A stretch of DNA of 64,000 nucleotides. Origin: an uncultured Chloroflexia bacterium (lineage in GTDB: Bacteria; Chloroflexota; Anaerolineae; Anaerolineales; UBA11858). The translations under genes were made by a program, and so were the position numbers. This document shows positions 1-10,296 of the stretch, piece by piece. The stretch lies in the NCBI GenBank assembly GCA_963712165.1, contig CAVQGY010000002.1:1094611-1158610 (forward strand), written 5' to 3'. The notes below the pieces were generated by a model. It did no database searches and was not told the DNA's origin. It saw nothing but the letters and a program-made list of their open reading frames with translations. Within the stretch, counting starts at the first letter, position 1. Each line of letters opens with the position of its first letter.

Positions 1-123
1 AAGGACTGGGAGTGCCTCAATCAAGACCATCAGGCCCTGCTTCGCTTCCGGACTGATCCCTGGATCGAGCAGTACCGCAAAGCCAAGCTGGAAAGCCGCA
101 TCCCGGCCAGCAGTGAGGTGTGA
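1..123 (+). CDS. hypothetical protein, C-terminal fragment (5' end lies outside the window)
   Basis: Frame is open from the window edge (...DWECLNQDHQALLRFRTDPWIEQYRKAKLESRIPASSEV). TGA at 121-123 is 1 nt before the ATG of the next gene. No family recognised. Confidence 0.4.
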   Translation, partial: KDWECLNQDHQALLRFRTDPWIEQYRKAKLESRIPASSEV

Positions 124-124
124 G

Positions 125-337
125 ATGGCGCCCAGCACCCTGGAAAAATCCCGCCGGGTCCAGATCCAGGTCAGCGTTGACCTGCACCGCAAATTAGCCC
201 GGGCAGCCAGGGATTCGGGGGTCAGCAAATCCGCCTACCTGCGGGTTGCCCTGGAGCGGGAATTCTCCCATCAGGAACAGCTTGATCTTGAGATCGCCCA
301 GCACCAGCCCTCCACTTTCGATGAAATCCAGTCTTAA
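125..337 (+). CDS. ribbon-helix-helix (CopG/Arc/MetJ-like) DNA-binding protein
   Basis: ATG at 125 inside track ORF 113-337. RRVQIQVSVDLHRKLARAARDSGVSKSAYLRVALEREF shows the strand-helix-helix pattern of RHH proteins. Tightly coupled to the upstream ORF. Confidence 0.6.
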   Translation: MAPSTLEKSRRVQIQVSVDLHRKLARAARDSGVSKSAYLRVALEREFSHQEQLDLEIAQHQPSTFDEIQS

Positions 338-342
338 ATAAG

Positions 343-406
343 AAGGAAGCAGGATCCTGAAAGGATCCTGCTTCCTTCACGGTCAATCTTCAAGGATCCT
401 GCTTCC
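343..406. terminator. bidirectional hairpin between convergent genes, with a third copy of one arm
   Basis: AAGGAAGCAGGATCC (343-357), loop TGAAA, GGATCCTGCTTCCTT (363-377). The right arm is repeated at 392-406, so two alternative hairpins are possible. Confidence 0.6.
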
Positions 407-412
407 TGGAAA

Positions 413-2005
413 TCAATCCAGCCAATAACGGGAATAACAATAGAAAGTCTTGTCTCCCACTTCCACGTAAGGATTCCTGTATTCGTCATCCAGCAGCTCG
501 ATATCCTCCCAGATCTCACTAGACTCTTCCAGGGATTTCCTGGCCCTGAAGACCGGCAGCGTGAAACTCTGCCATCTTTGATCAAGCTCTCCAAGCGAAT
601 AAGCCCGGCAGGCAAGCACGGCCGCAATCTCTTCCTTTTCCAGGGTTGAAAGGTAGGGATCATCCCATTCCTCGATCAGTGCCGGGATGGCATCCTCTGA
701 AAGTGTGTGAAAGAAATAAGTATCCAGCGCAGCCTCTTCAACTTCCAGCCGCTCGATATTCTTTCGGACAATCAGGCTATCTACATTAATGATATTCATG
801 GTCAGGGCGAAGCCGGCCACAGCGGCCAGGCTGACCAGGGTGAAGTAGCGATGTTTCTGGGTGATCTCCAAAACAAGGATTGCCAGGAACAGCACCCCGA
901 TCCACAGGATACACAGGTGGGAATAGGTCCGCAGCCGGCTGAATCCGTAAGCCGATTCATAAAGAGCCAAGCGCTGAAGGGATGAGATCAGGATCACACC
1001 GATGAAGGCTGTCATGGCCCCGGTCATAGCAGAAAAAGTGATCCGGTTCCCCTTGGTTTCCCGTTTGGTGATCGCGCTCAGGACCATGATGATGAAGAGG
1101 GTGAAAAAAGCCACCGCCAGCAATTCGCCAAATCCTCGCCGGGCGTACTCGGCATAGGTATATCCGTCCAGGCTGATATTCTTCTCCCCGCCGAAGAAGT
1201 ACCTGAATTGAATGCTCACAAAGGAGAAGAACAAAAGGTTGATAGCTCCCATGATGATAGTCGTCTCCGTTGAACCCAGGAAGCGGGGAGGCCAGGGCTG
1301 GTCGATACCCACCAGCTTTTCTTCCCTGCTCTTGACCAGGGCGTATAACAGCGCCCCGGCCCCCAGGAAGGTCCAGAGGGAGATCAGTACCAGGCGCAGG
1401 ATATACTCGGGAAGTTTCTCAAGCCGCAGGAGTTCGATCAGATCTTTGAGCCAGTTGGAAAAAATAGGATCCGCCTCTCCCAGCAGGGCGGCCAGAATGG
1501 TGATCAGGGGCAGGGCGATCAGGACCCCCCGCAAATAGGGGGCGATCTTTTTCCACCCGGTTTGGCTGGAGCTTGGCTCCTCACCATCAGTTCCCTCCTC
1601 CTCCCGGGTTGTGATCAACTTAAAAGGCAGGCCGATCAGATTGAGCACAAACCGCAACCCACTAACGATGTAATCGCTCAGGGTATAGGCAAACCAGCGC
1701 CCGCCCTGAAAGGTCAGGAGCAGCAGCCCGAGAAATCCCAGGCTGAGAAAATGATTCAGGACGCGAGTGAAGGGTTCGTCCCGCAAGAAGGTCAGGGCGC
1801 TGAATCCCAGGATCAATGGGACCAGGTAGTAGCTGGTGGCTGCCGGCCGGATTCCTTCCTTCCAGCTTATCAAGGCCAGGGCGCCCAGGATCAAGACGAT
1901 ATGGATAAAAAAGGAAACACCCGGGACTTTACCCCAGTAGAGGATATCAAAAGCCCAGCCAACAAGCAGGGCAATATACCAGAGAGTGGATCTGTTCTTT
2001 ACCAT
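413..2005 (-). CDS. polytopic integral membrane protein (resembles the DUF4153/DUF4173 type)
   Basis: 530-aa ORF with AAGGAG 6 nt upstream of the ATG. Many hydrophobic helices and a soluble C-terminal domain. The family call is from memory of similar N-termini only. Confidence 0.7.
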   Translation of the reverse strand: MVKNRSTLWYIALLVGWAFDILYWGKVPGVSFFIHIVLILGALALISWKEGIRPAATSYYLVPLILGFSALTFLRDEPFTRVLNHFLSLGFLGLLLLTFQGGRWFAYTLSDYIVSGLRFVLNLIGLPFKLITTREEEGTDGEEPSSSQTGWKKIAPYLRGVLIALPLITILAALLGEADPIFSNWLKDLIELLRLEKLPEYILRLVLISLWTFLGAGALLYALVKSREEKLVGIDQPWPPRFLGSTETTIIMGAINLLFFSFVSIQFRYFFGGEKNISLDGYTYAEYARRGFGELLAVAFFTLFIIMVLSAITKRETKGNRITFSAMTGAMTAFIGVILISSLQRLALYESAYGFSRLRTYSHLCILWIGVLFLAILVLEITQKHRYFTLVSLAAVAGFALTMNIINVDSLIVRKNIERLEVEEAALDTYFFHTLSEDAIPALIEEWDDPYLSTLEKEEIAAVLACRAYSLGELDQRWQSFTLPVFRARKSLEESSEIWEDIELLDDEYRNPYVEVGDKTFYCYSRYWLD

Positions 2006-2061
2006 TCCCAGCTCCTTACTAAATCTGTTGGATTATGTTTTTGAGTAAAAGATTATTTATT

Positions 2062-2166
2062 TTAGAAAACCGTAGCAACCAGGGATGCGATCATGGAGAG
2101 CACGATCAAAGCCCCGATGATGCCCATTACGATTTTCTGTGTCCGCATCTGCCGTTTTCTTGACAT
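2062..2166 (-). CDS. possible 34-aa single-pass membrane peptide
   Basis: Not in the ORF track because it is under 60 aa. Translation is MSRKRQMRTQKIVMGIIGALIVLSMIASLVATVF, with GAGGAA upstream of the ATG. It lies between uvrC and the membrane protein gene. Confidence 0.3.
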   Translation of the reverse strand: MSRKRQMRTQKIVMGIIGALIVLSMIASLVATVF

Positions 2167-2204
2167 AAGTTCCTCATCTGCAAGGATTAGATCACAATTC
2201 TCGC

Positions 2205-4087
2205 TCATTGTAGCACGTCAGGCGTCTCTGCCAAGTGCTTTTTAATGGATTGAGCGATTTTGAGAGTTATTTTTGGTGTTTGAGAGAGTTCTTCGAGAGA
2301 AGCATCCCTGATGTTCTGAACTGTCTTGAACTTTTTAAGCAGTTCCTGGCGCCTGGTGGGGCCGATGCCGGGTATCTTTTCCAGGCTGGACTCTAAACCC
2401 TGCCGTGAGCGGCGCTTGCGATGAGCGGTAATTGCGAAGCGGTGAGCTTCATCCCTGGCCCGCTGCAGCAGGTGCAGCCCCGGGGCATCTTTTTCAAAAC
2501 TGACCGGGAGAGGATCCCCGGGAAGGAAGACTTCCTCATACTGTTTGGCCAGGCCCGCAATGGGGATGGTATCCAGCAGATCGAATTCCTCCAGTACCTG
2601 GGCAGCCCGATTGAGCTGTCCCTTGCCGCCATCGATCAGCACCAGATCGGGCAGGGCGCTGAAGGAGGGATCCGGCTTGGCTCCTGGTTTGGTTTCACCC
2701 TCCCGGGAGAGGGCCAACCGCTGAAAGCGGCGCCTGAGCATCTCATCCATGCTGGCGTAGTCATCCGGTCCCTGGACGGTTCGGATATTGAACTGGCGGT
2801 AGTGAGCGGGGGCGGGACGTCCTTCCAGGAAAACGACCATACTTCCTACCAGGGCAGTTGCCTGGGTGTTGGAGATATCATAACATTCGATGCGCATCGG
2901 GGGTGTGCCAAGGCCGAGCCTGGCTTGCAGATCGGTCAAGGCGCCTTCAGCCCGGTCTTGTTCGGATTTTTCCTGGGTTTTTAAGGCAGTTAACATTGAG
3001 GAGGCATTTTCAGCTGCCATGGCAACCAGTTTTTTCTTCTCCCCGCGTCGAGGAACGACCAACTCGACCTTTTTCCCCCCCGCTGACTTTTCAGCCATTG
3101 GTGGATGATCTTGGCTTCTTCGATTTCCCGCGGCAGGAGGATCTCTGGCGGGACCTCGGGAGCCTGGTCATAGAATTGTTTGATGACCTCAGAGAGCAGG
3201 TCATTATCGGCGGTTTGGTCGATATTCTCCACCAGGAAATATTCCCTCCCGGTGAGTTTTCCTCCCCGGATGAAAAAGACCTGGATGCAGGCGTTATTAT
3301 CCAGGCTGGCAAGGGCGATCACATCCGAGTCTGCGAATTTGGTAGAGATGATGCGCTGTTCCGCCACAATTCGCTGGATAGCATCCAGTTGGTCGCGGAT
3401 CTGGGCAGCTCGTTCATAATTCAGATCCGAGGAGGCTTGTTTCATTTCCGCCTCAAGCCTGGATACGATATTGTCCGTCCGGCCATTCAGAAAAGCCCCT
3501 AGCTCGCGGATCATTTCCCGGTAGTCATCCACCCCAATGCGGCCGATGCAGGGAGCGGTGCAGAGCTGGATATCATAGTAGAGGCAGGCCCGCTGATCTT
3601 CTCCGGTGATGGTCCGGCTGCAGGTCAGGTAAGGGAAGATCTTGCGCAGCAAGTCCAGCGTTTGGTTCACAGCCCAGACATTGATATATGGTCCGTAGTA
3701 GCGGGAGCCATCCTTTTCCACCTTGCGGGTGACAGTGACTTTCGGAAAATCATCTGCCCAGTGAATCTTGATATAGGGATAACGCTTATCATCCTTAAGC
3801 TGGACGTTGAAATGGGGCTGGTATTCCTTGATCAGGTTCATTTCCAGGATCAGGGCTTCCAGTTCGGATCCGACGATGATCCACTCGATGTCATGGATAT
3901 TGGCGACCAGCTGGCAGGTTCGGGGATGTTTCTGGGCGCTGGCATGGAAGTAAGAACGCACCCGGTGGCGCAGATTGACGGCTTTCCCAATATAAATGAC
4001 CCGGCTGTCCTTGTCTTTCATCAGGTAGCAGCCAGGCTGTTCGGGTACAGAATTGAGGATATCCTTGATGTGGTCCGAGGTCTCCAT
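2205..4087 (-). pseudogene. uvrC: excinuclease ABC subunit C (UvrC), reading frame interrupted by a 1-nt shift in a G7A5 run
   Basis: Track ORF 2990-4087 carries the N-terminal GIY-YIG part (CYLMKD..VIYIGKA.NL..R). Track ORF 2205-3098 carries the C-terminal endonuclease and HhH part. The frames meet at coding-strand CAGCGGGGGGGAAAAAGG (3070-3085). One extra G would give ...KSQRGGKKVELVVPRRGEKK, the conserved UvrC junction. Confidence 0.9.
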
Positions 4088-4240
4088 GGCAAAAAAATTG
4101 TATCACAGCGGCAGGAACGGGGATTTTATTTCCCCCCTTGGCTGAGGTATCTTATTCAGGCTCAAGCAGGATGAATTTCCCCCCTGGAGGATGCCATCCG
4201 GGACTTGCGTACCGCCTGGCTTACCTGTATACTGGCTCTT

Positions 4241-5443
4241 ATGTTCTCCACGCCTGAATTTTCTCGATCCTGGTCTGTCAGCGAAGTTAACGCCTATCTG
4301 AAGGGTTTGATGGAGGCGGATGCCAACCTGCAGAATTTATGGGTCGAGGGGGAGATATCCAACCTGTCCCGGCCGGCTTCCGGCCATCTCTATTTCACTC
4401 TCAAAGATACTTCCTCATCCATCCGCTGCGTTATGTGGAAAAATCGGGCCCAGGCGGTCCAGTTTGTCATCCAGGACGGCGTAGCCGTCACTGCCCATGG
4501 TGGATTGAGCGTTTACGAGGAGCGGGGTCAGTACCAGCTATATGTGGATGATCTCCGTCCCCGGGGAGAGGGTGCCCTCTTCCAGGAATTCCAGCGTCTA
4601 AAGACCCGGCTGGAAAGCGAAGGCCTATTCGACCCGGAACGGAAGAGGCCCATTCCTCCCTGGCCAAGAAAAGTCGGGATTGTGACCTCAGCCAGCGGCG
4701 CGGCCTATCAGGATATGGAAAAAACACTTTACAGACGGTATCCCCTGGTGGAGATCCTGCTTGAGCCGACTTCCGTGCAGGGTGAAAGTGCCCCGGGTGA
4801 GATCATCCAGGCCTTATCACGATTGTACGAGGTCAAACCGGACCTGATCCTGATCGGCAGGGGTGGCGGCTCGATCGAGGATCTGTGGGCGTTCAATGAT
4901 GAAGCTGTGGCGCGGATGGTGGCGGAGTCCCCCGTTCCCGTTATCAGCGGGGTAGGGCATGAAACGGATTTTACGATCACCGATTTTGTGGCAGACCTGC
5001 GTGCGCCAACTCCCACCGCGGCCGCGGAACTGGCAGTGCCAGATCAGGTGGACCTGCGTTTCACAATGGGGGAGTTGAAGAGCCGCTTGGCCCGGGCAGC
5101 GGGTGGATTTATTCTCGAGAAGCGCCGGGAAGCAGAGAATCTGGCCCTCACGGTTGAGCGAATGTCGCCTATCGGTGAGATCAACAACGGTCGACAGCGG
5201 GTAGATGAGCTTTTGGCTCGGACTGGGCGGGAGATAACCGTATCTCTCAGAAACGCCAGGGAGAGCTGCCTGGCTTTGGGTTCCCGGCTGGGGTCTCTAA
5301 ATCCTGAAGCCATCCTGCTGAGGGGGTATGCGATCATCACCGGGGAAGATGGTTCCACGGTTTATCAGGTAGGCCAGACCGCCTCGGGGGAAAAGCTGCA
5401 GGTGCGGGTGAGTGATGGGTCGTTTGAGGTGATTGTCAATTAA
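4241..5443 (+). CDS. xseA: exodeoxyribonuclease VII large subunit
   Basis: OB-fold N-terminus (VSEVNAYLKGLMEADANLQNLWVEGEISN..SGHLYFTLKD) and catalytic core (IGRGGGSIEDLWAFNDE, GHETDFTI.DFVAD.RAPTPTAAAE). ATG 4241 is preferred over the upstream TTG 4205. No xseB follows. Confidence 0.9.
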   Translation: MFSTPEFSRSWSVSEVNAYLKGLMEADANLQNLWVEGEISNLSRPASGHLYFTLKDTSSSIRCVMWKNRAQAVQFVIQDGVAVTAHGGLSVYEERGQYQLYVDDLRPRGEGALFQEFQRLKTRLESEGLFDPERKRPIPPWPRKVGIVTSASGAAYQDMEKTLYRRYPLVEILLEPTSVQGESAPGEIIQALSRLYEVKPDLILIGRGGGSIEDLWAFNDEAVARMVAESPVPVISGVGHETDFTITDFVADLRAPTPTAAAELAVPDQVDLRFTMGELKSRLARAAGGFILEKRREAENLALTVERMSPIGEINNGRQRVDELLARTGREITVSLRNARESCLALGSRLGSLNPEAILLRGYAIITGEDGSTVYQVGQTASGEKLQVRVSDGSFEVIVN

Positions 5444-5603
5444 TGTGCGGGACCAAGGCTCACACTCCATTGCCCTCTCAATTCACTCATATTTTTCTTT
5501 AATATTTCTCTAATTTATTTCATAGATTGCGGCTCTATAATGATCTTATGATTCCAACCCCGTGAGCGGGTTGTTTTGTATAACGGGGGAAATGGAGGAG
5601 GAA

Positions 5604-8201
5604 ATGAACTTAGAAAAATATACAACCAAATCTCAGCAGGCAGTGCTTCGTTCCCAGCAGCTTGTTGCAGACCTAAACCATCAGGCAATTGAACCTGTCC
5701 ATCTGCTGTACGCCCTCCTGGAAGAAAGTGAAGGCACAGTTGCAGCTGTTGTGACCCGGATTGCCGGCAGTACGGATGGAATTAAAAAAGAACTCTGGGA
5801 TGATCTTTCCAAACGCCCGAAAGTCTACGGCGGGAATGTCCAGGCTGGTATAGGCCGGATGACAGCAGACGTGTTAGCGGCGGCTGAACGGCATGCCAAA
5901 GGCATGGGAGATGAATATGTCTCTACCGAACATATTCTGCTGGGATTGATCGAAAGCCCCGAAGGCAGCCGCCTGAAATCATACGGCTTGACCAAGGATG
6001 CCGTACTCAACACCCTTAGGGAAGTCCGCGGCTCCCAGCGAGTGACCAGCCAATCCCCTGAAGGGACTTATCAGGCCCTGGAAAAATATGGTCGGGATCT
6101 GACAGATCTTGCCCGCCGTGGAAAATTGGATCCGGTGATCGGAAGGGATGAAGAGACCCGCCGGCTGGTCCAGATCCTATCCCGGCGAACAAAGAATAAT
6201 CCAGCATTGATTGGAGAACCTGGTACCGGAAAGACCGCTATTGTGGAGGGGCTTGCCCAGCGGATCATTAACGGCGATGTCCCGGAAGGATTAAAAAGGA
6301 AGAAGCTGATCCAGCTGGATATGGGCGCCCTTGTAGCGGGGGCCAAATACAGGGGTGAATTTGAAGAGCGTCTAAAAGCTGTTCTCAAGGAGATCACCTC
6401 TGCTTCGGGAGAAGTGCTGCTTTTTGTGGACGAGATGCATACCGTAGTCGGAGCAGGTGCCGCTGAGGGAGCAATGGATGCAGGCAATATGCTCAAACCC
6501 ATGCTGGCCCGGGGAGAGCTGCATTTGATCGGCGCAACGACATTGGATGAATACCGCAAATACATCGAGTCTGATGCCGCTCTGGAAAGGCGCTTCCAGC
6601 CTCTGCTGGTGGAAGAACCCAGCGTAGAGGCGACGATCAGCATTTTGCGGGGATTGAAGGAGCGTTATGAAATCCATCATGGTGTGCGCATCACCGATCC
6701 AGCTACGATAGCAGCGGCAACGCTTTCCAATCGCTATATTGCGGATCGCCAGCTGCCGGATAAGGCGATTGACTTGATCGACGAAGCAGCGGCCAGGCTG
6801 AGGACAGAGATCGATTCCAAGCCTCGCGCTCTAGATGAGGTAGATCGGCAGATCATGCAGCTCGAAATCGAGGGTGAAGCCCTCAAAAAAGAAAAGGATA
6901 AGTCCTCACAGAAGCGTCTGGACATCTTAAAAGAGGAGCTGGCTAACCTGAAAGAAGAACAAAAACAGCTCCACGGCCGTTGGATTTCTGAAAAGGAAGT
7001 TATTGGTGAAGTTCGTGAGGTAAAAAAGGAAATTGACCAGACCCGGTTGGAAATCGAAAAAGCGGAGCGAGAAACCGACCTTGAGAAGGTTGCCCGGTTA
7101 CAGTACGGCACCTTAAGGGATCTGGAGGAAAAGCTGAAAGAAAAGGAATCCCGTTTGAAAGAGGTCCAGGCGGATGGCGCTCTGTTGAAGGAAGAAGTTG
7201 ATGAAGAGGAAATTGCAGGAGTGATTTCCCGCTGGACAGGTATTCCTGTTTCTAGATTGTTGGAAAGTGAGACCCAGAAACTCCTGCACATGGAAGAGCG
7301 CCTGCATGAGCGGGTGGTCGGCCAAGATGAAGCGATTCAAGCTGTTTCCAATGCCGTGCGCAGGTCGCGGGCGGGGCTCCAGGATCCCAACCGGCCAATT
7401 GGTTCGTTCATATTCCTGGGTCCGACCGGTGTGGGTAAAACAGAGTTGGCCCGTGCACTGGCAGAATTCCTATTTGATGATCAGGATGCCATGGTGCGGA
7501 TCGATATGAGTGAATATCAGGAAAAACATACTGTTTCTCGGCTGATCGGTTCACCTCCCGGATATGTAGGTTATGGGGAAGGTGGTCAGCTGACAGAAGC
7601 TGTCCGGCGGCGCCCCTACAGCGTGGTGCTCTTTGACGAGATCGAAAAAGCCCACCAGGAGGTGTTTAACACTCTGCTCCAGCTGCTGGATGACGGCCGC
7701 CTGACCGATGGACAGGGACGAACGGTGGATTTCCGGAATACCGTAGTGATCATGACCAGTAATATTGGAAGCCAGGCCTGGTCTGGCCTGGGGGAGAATG
7801 GAGATGTAGAAGCAGCCCAGGCCTTCAGCCGGGAAGCGTTAAAGTCTACCTTCCGCCCAGAATTCCTGAACCGGGTGGACGAGGTCATCCATTTCCATCC
7901 GTTGACTCGGGAGCAGATCCGGGAGATCGTGGGTATCCAGCTTAATCGTGTGGAAAGCATGGTCCGGTCCCAGGGGTATACACTGGAGGTCACAGAGGAG
8001 GCTCGCCAAATCTTGGCAGACTGGGGATTTGACCCGGATTATGGTGCCCGTCCTCTGAAGCGGACCATCCAGCGCCATCTCCAGGATCCCCTGGCACTGG
8101 CAATTCTCTCCGGTGAATACAAGGTCGGGGATACCATTCAAGTGAATGCCGGCAAAGATACGCTTGAATTTTTCCCCGTACATGCGGGTGAGGTTGCATA
8201 A
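5604..8201 (+). CDS. clpB: ATP-dependent chaperone ClpB
   Basis: Two AAA+ modules ([15 protein letters not shown] and [15 protein letters not shown]) and a long middle coiled coil. ATG 5604 is preceded by GGAGGAGG. Confidence 0.95.
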   Translation: MNLEKYTTKSQQAVLRSQQLVADLNHQAIEPVHLLYALLEESEGTVAAVVTRIAGSTDGIKKELWDDLSKRPKVYGGNVQAGIGRMTADVLAAAERHAKGMGDEYVSTEHILLGLIESPEGSRLKSYGLTKDAVLNTLREVRGSQRVTSQSPEGTYQALEKYGRDLTDLARRGKLDPVIGRDEETRRLVQILSRRTKNNPALIGEPGTGKTAIVEGLAQRIINGDVPEGLKRKKLIQLDMGALVAGAKYRGEFEERLKAVLKEITSASGEVLLFVDEMHTVVGAGAAEGAMDAGNMLKPMLARGELHLIGATTLDEYRKYIESDAALERRFQPLLVEEPSVEATISILRGLKERYEIHHGVRITDPATIAAATLSNRYIADRQLPDKAIDLIDEAAARLRTEIDSKPRALDEVDRQIMQLEIEGEALKKEKDKSSQKRLDILKEELANLKEEQKQLHGRWISEKEVIGEVREVKKEIDQTRLEIEKAERETDLEKVARLQYGTLRDLEEKLKEKESRLKEVQADGALLKEEVDEEEIAGVISRWTGIPVSRLLESETQKLLHMEERLHERVVGQDEAIQAVSNAVRRSRAGLQDPNRPIGSFIFLGPTGVGKTELARALAEFLFDDQDAMVRIDMSEYQEKHTVSRLIGSPPGYVGYGEGGQLTEAVRRRPYSVVLFDEIEKAHQEVFNTLLQLLDDGRLTDGQGRTVDFRNTVVIMTSNIGSQAWSGLGENGDVEAAQAFSREALKSTFRPEFLNRVDEVIHFHPLTREQIREIVGIQLNRVESMVRSQGYTLEVTEEARQILADWGFDPDYGARPLKRTIQRHLQDPLALAILSGEYKVGDTIQVNAGKDTLEFFPVHAGEVA

Positions 8202-8256
8202 CTAAAAAGGAGGGACGAGTCCAATTATTGGACTTCGTCCCTTCTTTTGTTCTAGA

Positions 8257-8724
8257 TCAATGCACATGACCGTGGTCCAGCTCTTCCGGGGTTGCTGGCC
8301 TGATGTCGGCGATCGTGATCTCAAATGTGAGGATTTTGTCCGCCAGGGGATGGTTGAAGTCCAGGGTTACAGTCTCATCATCCGCTTCGATGATCTCGGC
8401 ACTGAGCACTTCACCCTCATCGTCCCGCAGGTCAAGGAAGGTGCCTACATCAAGGGGTATTTCTTCACTGAATTCATCCTTTTGTACCACTTCAATTGAA
8501 TCCGGGTCATATTCTCCGTAAGCTTGGTCAGGCTGGATTGTGATTGTTTTCTTATCACCAACTTTCATCCCGTAGAGGGCATCTTCCAATCCCGGGATGA
8601 TCTGGCCAATACCCTGGATGAACTCGATCGGTCCTCCCTCAGCGGTGCTTTCCATAATTTCATCCTCGATGATGAGGGTGTAATCCAGTTTGACAACTAG
8701 GTTATCTTGGATAGTGTCAGCCAT
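8257..8724 (-). CDS. slyD: FKBP-type peptidyl-prolyl cis-trans isomerase (SlyD-like)
   Basis: VKLDYTL....E..EST.....EFIQG.GQIIPGLEDALYGMKVGDKKTI...PDQAYGEYDP, with an insert-in-flap region. ATG 8724 has AGGAGA upstream. Confidence 0.8.
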   Translation of the reverse strand: MADTIQDNLVVKLDYTLIIEDEIMESTAEGGPIEFIQGIGQIIPGLEDALYGMKVGDKKTITIQPDQAYGEYDPDSIEVVQKDEFSEEIPLDVGTFLDLRDDEGEVLSAEIIEADDETVTLDFNHPLADKILTFEITIADIRPATPEELDHGHVH

Positions 8725-8735
8725 GATCTCTCCTA

Positions 8736-8975
8736 TCAGATTTTGTCTGCGGGACCGATCAGATCCCTGATTATATACCAGCAAAGATCAGTCAGATCGA
8801 AGAACAAGTGGTAGGTATTTTCCTGGTGATCCATTACCAGGATATGTTTGCCGTTCTCGGTCTCCCACTGCCGACCTATATTCAGAACCCGGATCTGATC
8901 GTCCCCCAGAGTGAATTCCAGTGGGATCAGTTTTCCGTCCCTGTTGAATCGGGTAGTGATCTCAATCTTTTCCAT
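8736..8975 (-). CDS. hypothetical protein (79 aa)
   Basis: ORF packed between the CinA-like gene (14-nt overlap) and the FKBP gene. No family recognised. Confidence 0.5.
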   Translation of the reverse strand: MEKIEITTRFNRDGKLIPLEFTLGDDQIRVLNIGRQWETENGKHILVMDHQENTYHLFFDLTDLCWYIIRDLIGPADKI

Positions 8976-9450
8976 CTTTCATTAGGAACTCATACAGGAA
9001 TTCCAGGGCCAGTTGGGCAATCTCCTCTTTATTTTCGATTCTGTTTCCACCCGCGTTATGCTGCAGGGTCAAGATCCTTTTCGGTGTGCTCAACCCAATC
9101 CAGGTATAACCAACGGGTTTCTCTGGCGTGCCCCCGGTTGGACCGGCAATGCCGCTCACAGCTATTCCCACATCAGCAGCCAGGGCATGGCGGACTCCCT
9201 TTGCCATCTCACGAATGGCCTCCTCACTCACCGCACCGTACTTCTCGAGTGTATCCCAAGATACTCCTAATAAGCGGACCTTGGCCCGGTAGGCATAGGC
9301 AGTGATACTGCCCAGATAATAGGTAGAGGACCCCGGGATGTTGGTGATCCTGTGCCCGATCAAACCCCCAGTGCAGGACTCCGCTATTGCCAGCCTCCAC
9401 CCTCGTTTCCGCAGTTCCTGACCGACCTTCTCTTCAATATTCTCAATCAT
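8962..9450 (-). CDS. CinA-family (C-terminal domain) nicotinamide-nucleotide amidohydrolase-like protein
   Basis: LAIAESCTGGLIGHRITNIPGSS.YYLGSITAY....K...LGV is typical of CinA/PncC C-terminal domains. Confidence 0.85.
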   Translation of the reverse strand: MIENIEEKVGQELRKRGWRLAIAESCTGGLIGHRITNIPGSSTYYLGSITAYAYRAKVRLLGVSWDTLEKYGAVSEEAIREMAKGVRHALAADVGIAVSGIAGPTGGTPEKPVGYTWIGLSTPKRILTLQHNAGGNRIENKEEIAQLALEFLYEFLMKDGKD

Positions 9451-9452
9451 CT

Positions 9453-10196
9453 TTACCCTTCTAATTTTTCAACCACCCAATAGTGTGACAAGCCCAGAAC
9501 CTGCAGGGGTGTTTTTTCAACCAGGTAAAGAACCGACCTGATCCAGCGGCCCAACCGGGGGAATCTGCTGATGATGTTATCATATCCACCGAATATCACC
9601 CGCCTGGTGATGAACTTCACTGGCAGTTCATTGAATAGGCGCTGGAGGTCTTTCCGGCTGTAAACCCGGACATGAGGGGCCAATTTGTCACGCAAAGGTC
9701 GGGGAAGGTAGTTGACCAGGAATTTATTCCCAAAATGATAGTTACCTTTCCAATAGACCCCATGAGTTTCAAAGGGGTACCAGCGATTGGGGCAATAGAG
9801 GATTAATCTGCCACCAGGTACAAGGACCCGGACCATTTCCTTCACAGCTTTGGCATCGTCCACGACATGTTCGATCACCTCGTTGCTGAGGATCAAATCG
9901 AAACTATCCGCAGGGAAGGGTAGGTTCTCACCTGCTCCTCCAATAACATTGGTCCCTTTCTCTTTCGCTTCGACAGCGCGGGGGATCTCATATTCCAGGC
10001 CTACCGTCTCGCAGCCGAGGGGATCGAGGTGCTCCAGATACAAGCCAACCCCGCAGCCATTCTCTAGCAATCTGCCCTTGATACGATCGCCAGCCGCGGA
10101 TTTAAGCATCTCAAGCCGCCGCTGTTGGCCGGCTCTCCAGATATAAGAGGGCTCCCCCCTCTCAGCGGCTTTGGATGATGGTTGAACGTCAATCAT
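9453..10196 (-). CDS. class I SAM-dependent methyltransferase
   Basis: Motif I LLENGCGVG, then FDLILSNEVIEHV. The stop is 2 nt from the next gene. Confidence 0.85.
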   Translation of the reverse strand: MIDVQPSSKAAERGEPSYIWRAGQQRRLEMLKSAAGDRIKGRLLENGCGVGLYLEHLDPLGCETVGLEYEIPRAVEAKEKGTNVIGGAGENLPFPADSFDLILSNEVIEHVVDDAKAVKEMVRVLVPGGRLILYCPNRWYPFETHGVYWKGNYHFGNKFLVNYLPRPLRDKLAPHVRVYSRKDLQRLFNELPVKFITRRVIFGGYDNIISRFPRLGRWIRSVLYLVEKTPLQVLGLSHYWVVEKLEG

Positions 10197-10296
10197 TATT
10201 CATACCGATGCACAGAGATCAAATGCCGGGCGATCACGGGGGAAAGTCCCTTCTACTGTTCCAGGGACTTTCCTTTATAATCACCCGGCATAAAGC

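Noticed and set aside
5444-5603. Heat-shock operator (CIRCE, HAIR or CtsR box) upstream of clpB
   Set aside because: There is no TTAGCACTC-N9-GAGTGCTAA, no CTTGAGT-N7-ACTCAAG and no GGTCAAA repeat. Only a TATAAT (5536-5541) with a weak -35 and a small hairpin (CAACCC...GGGTTG) are present.
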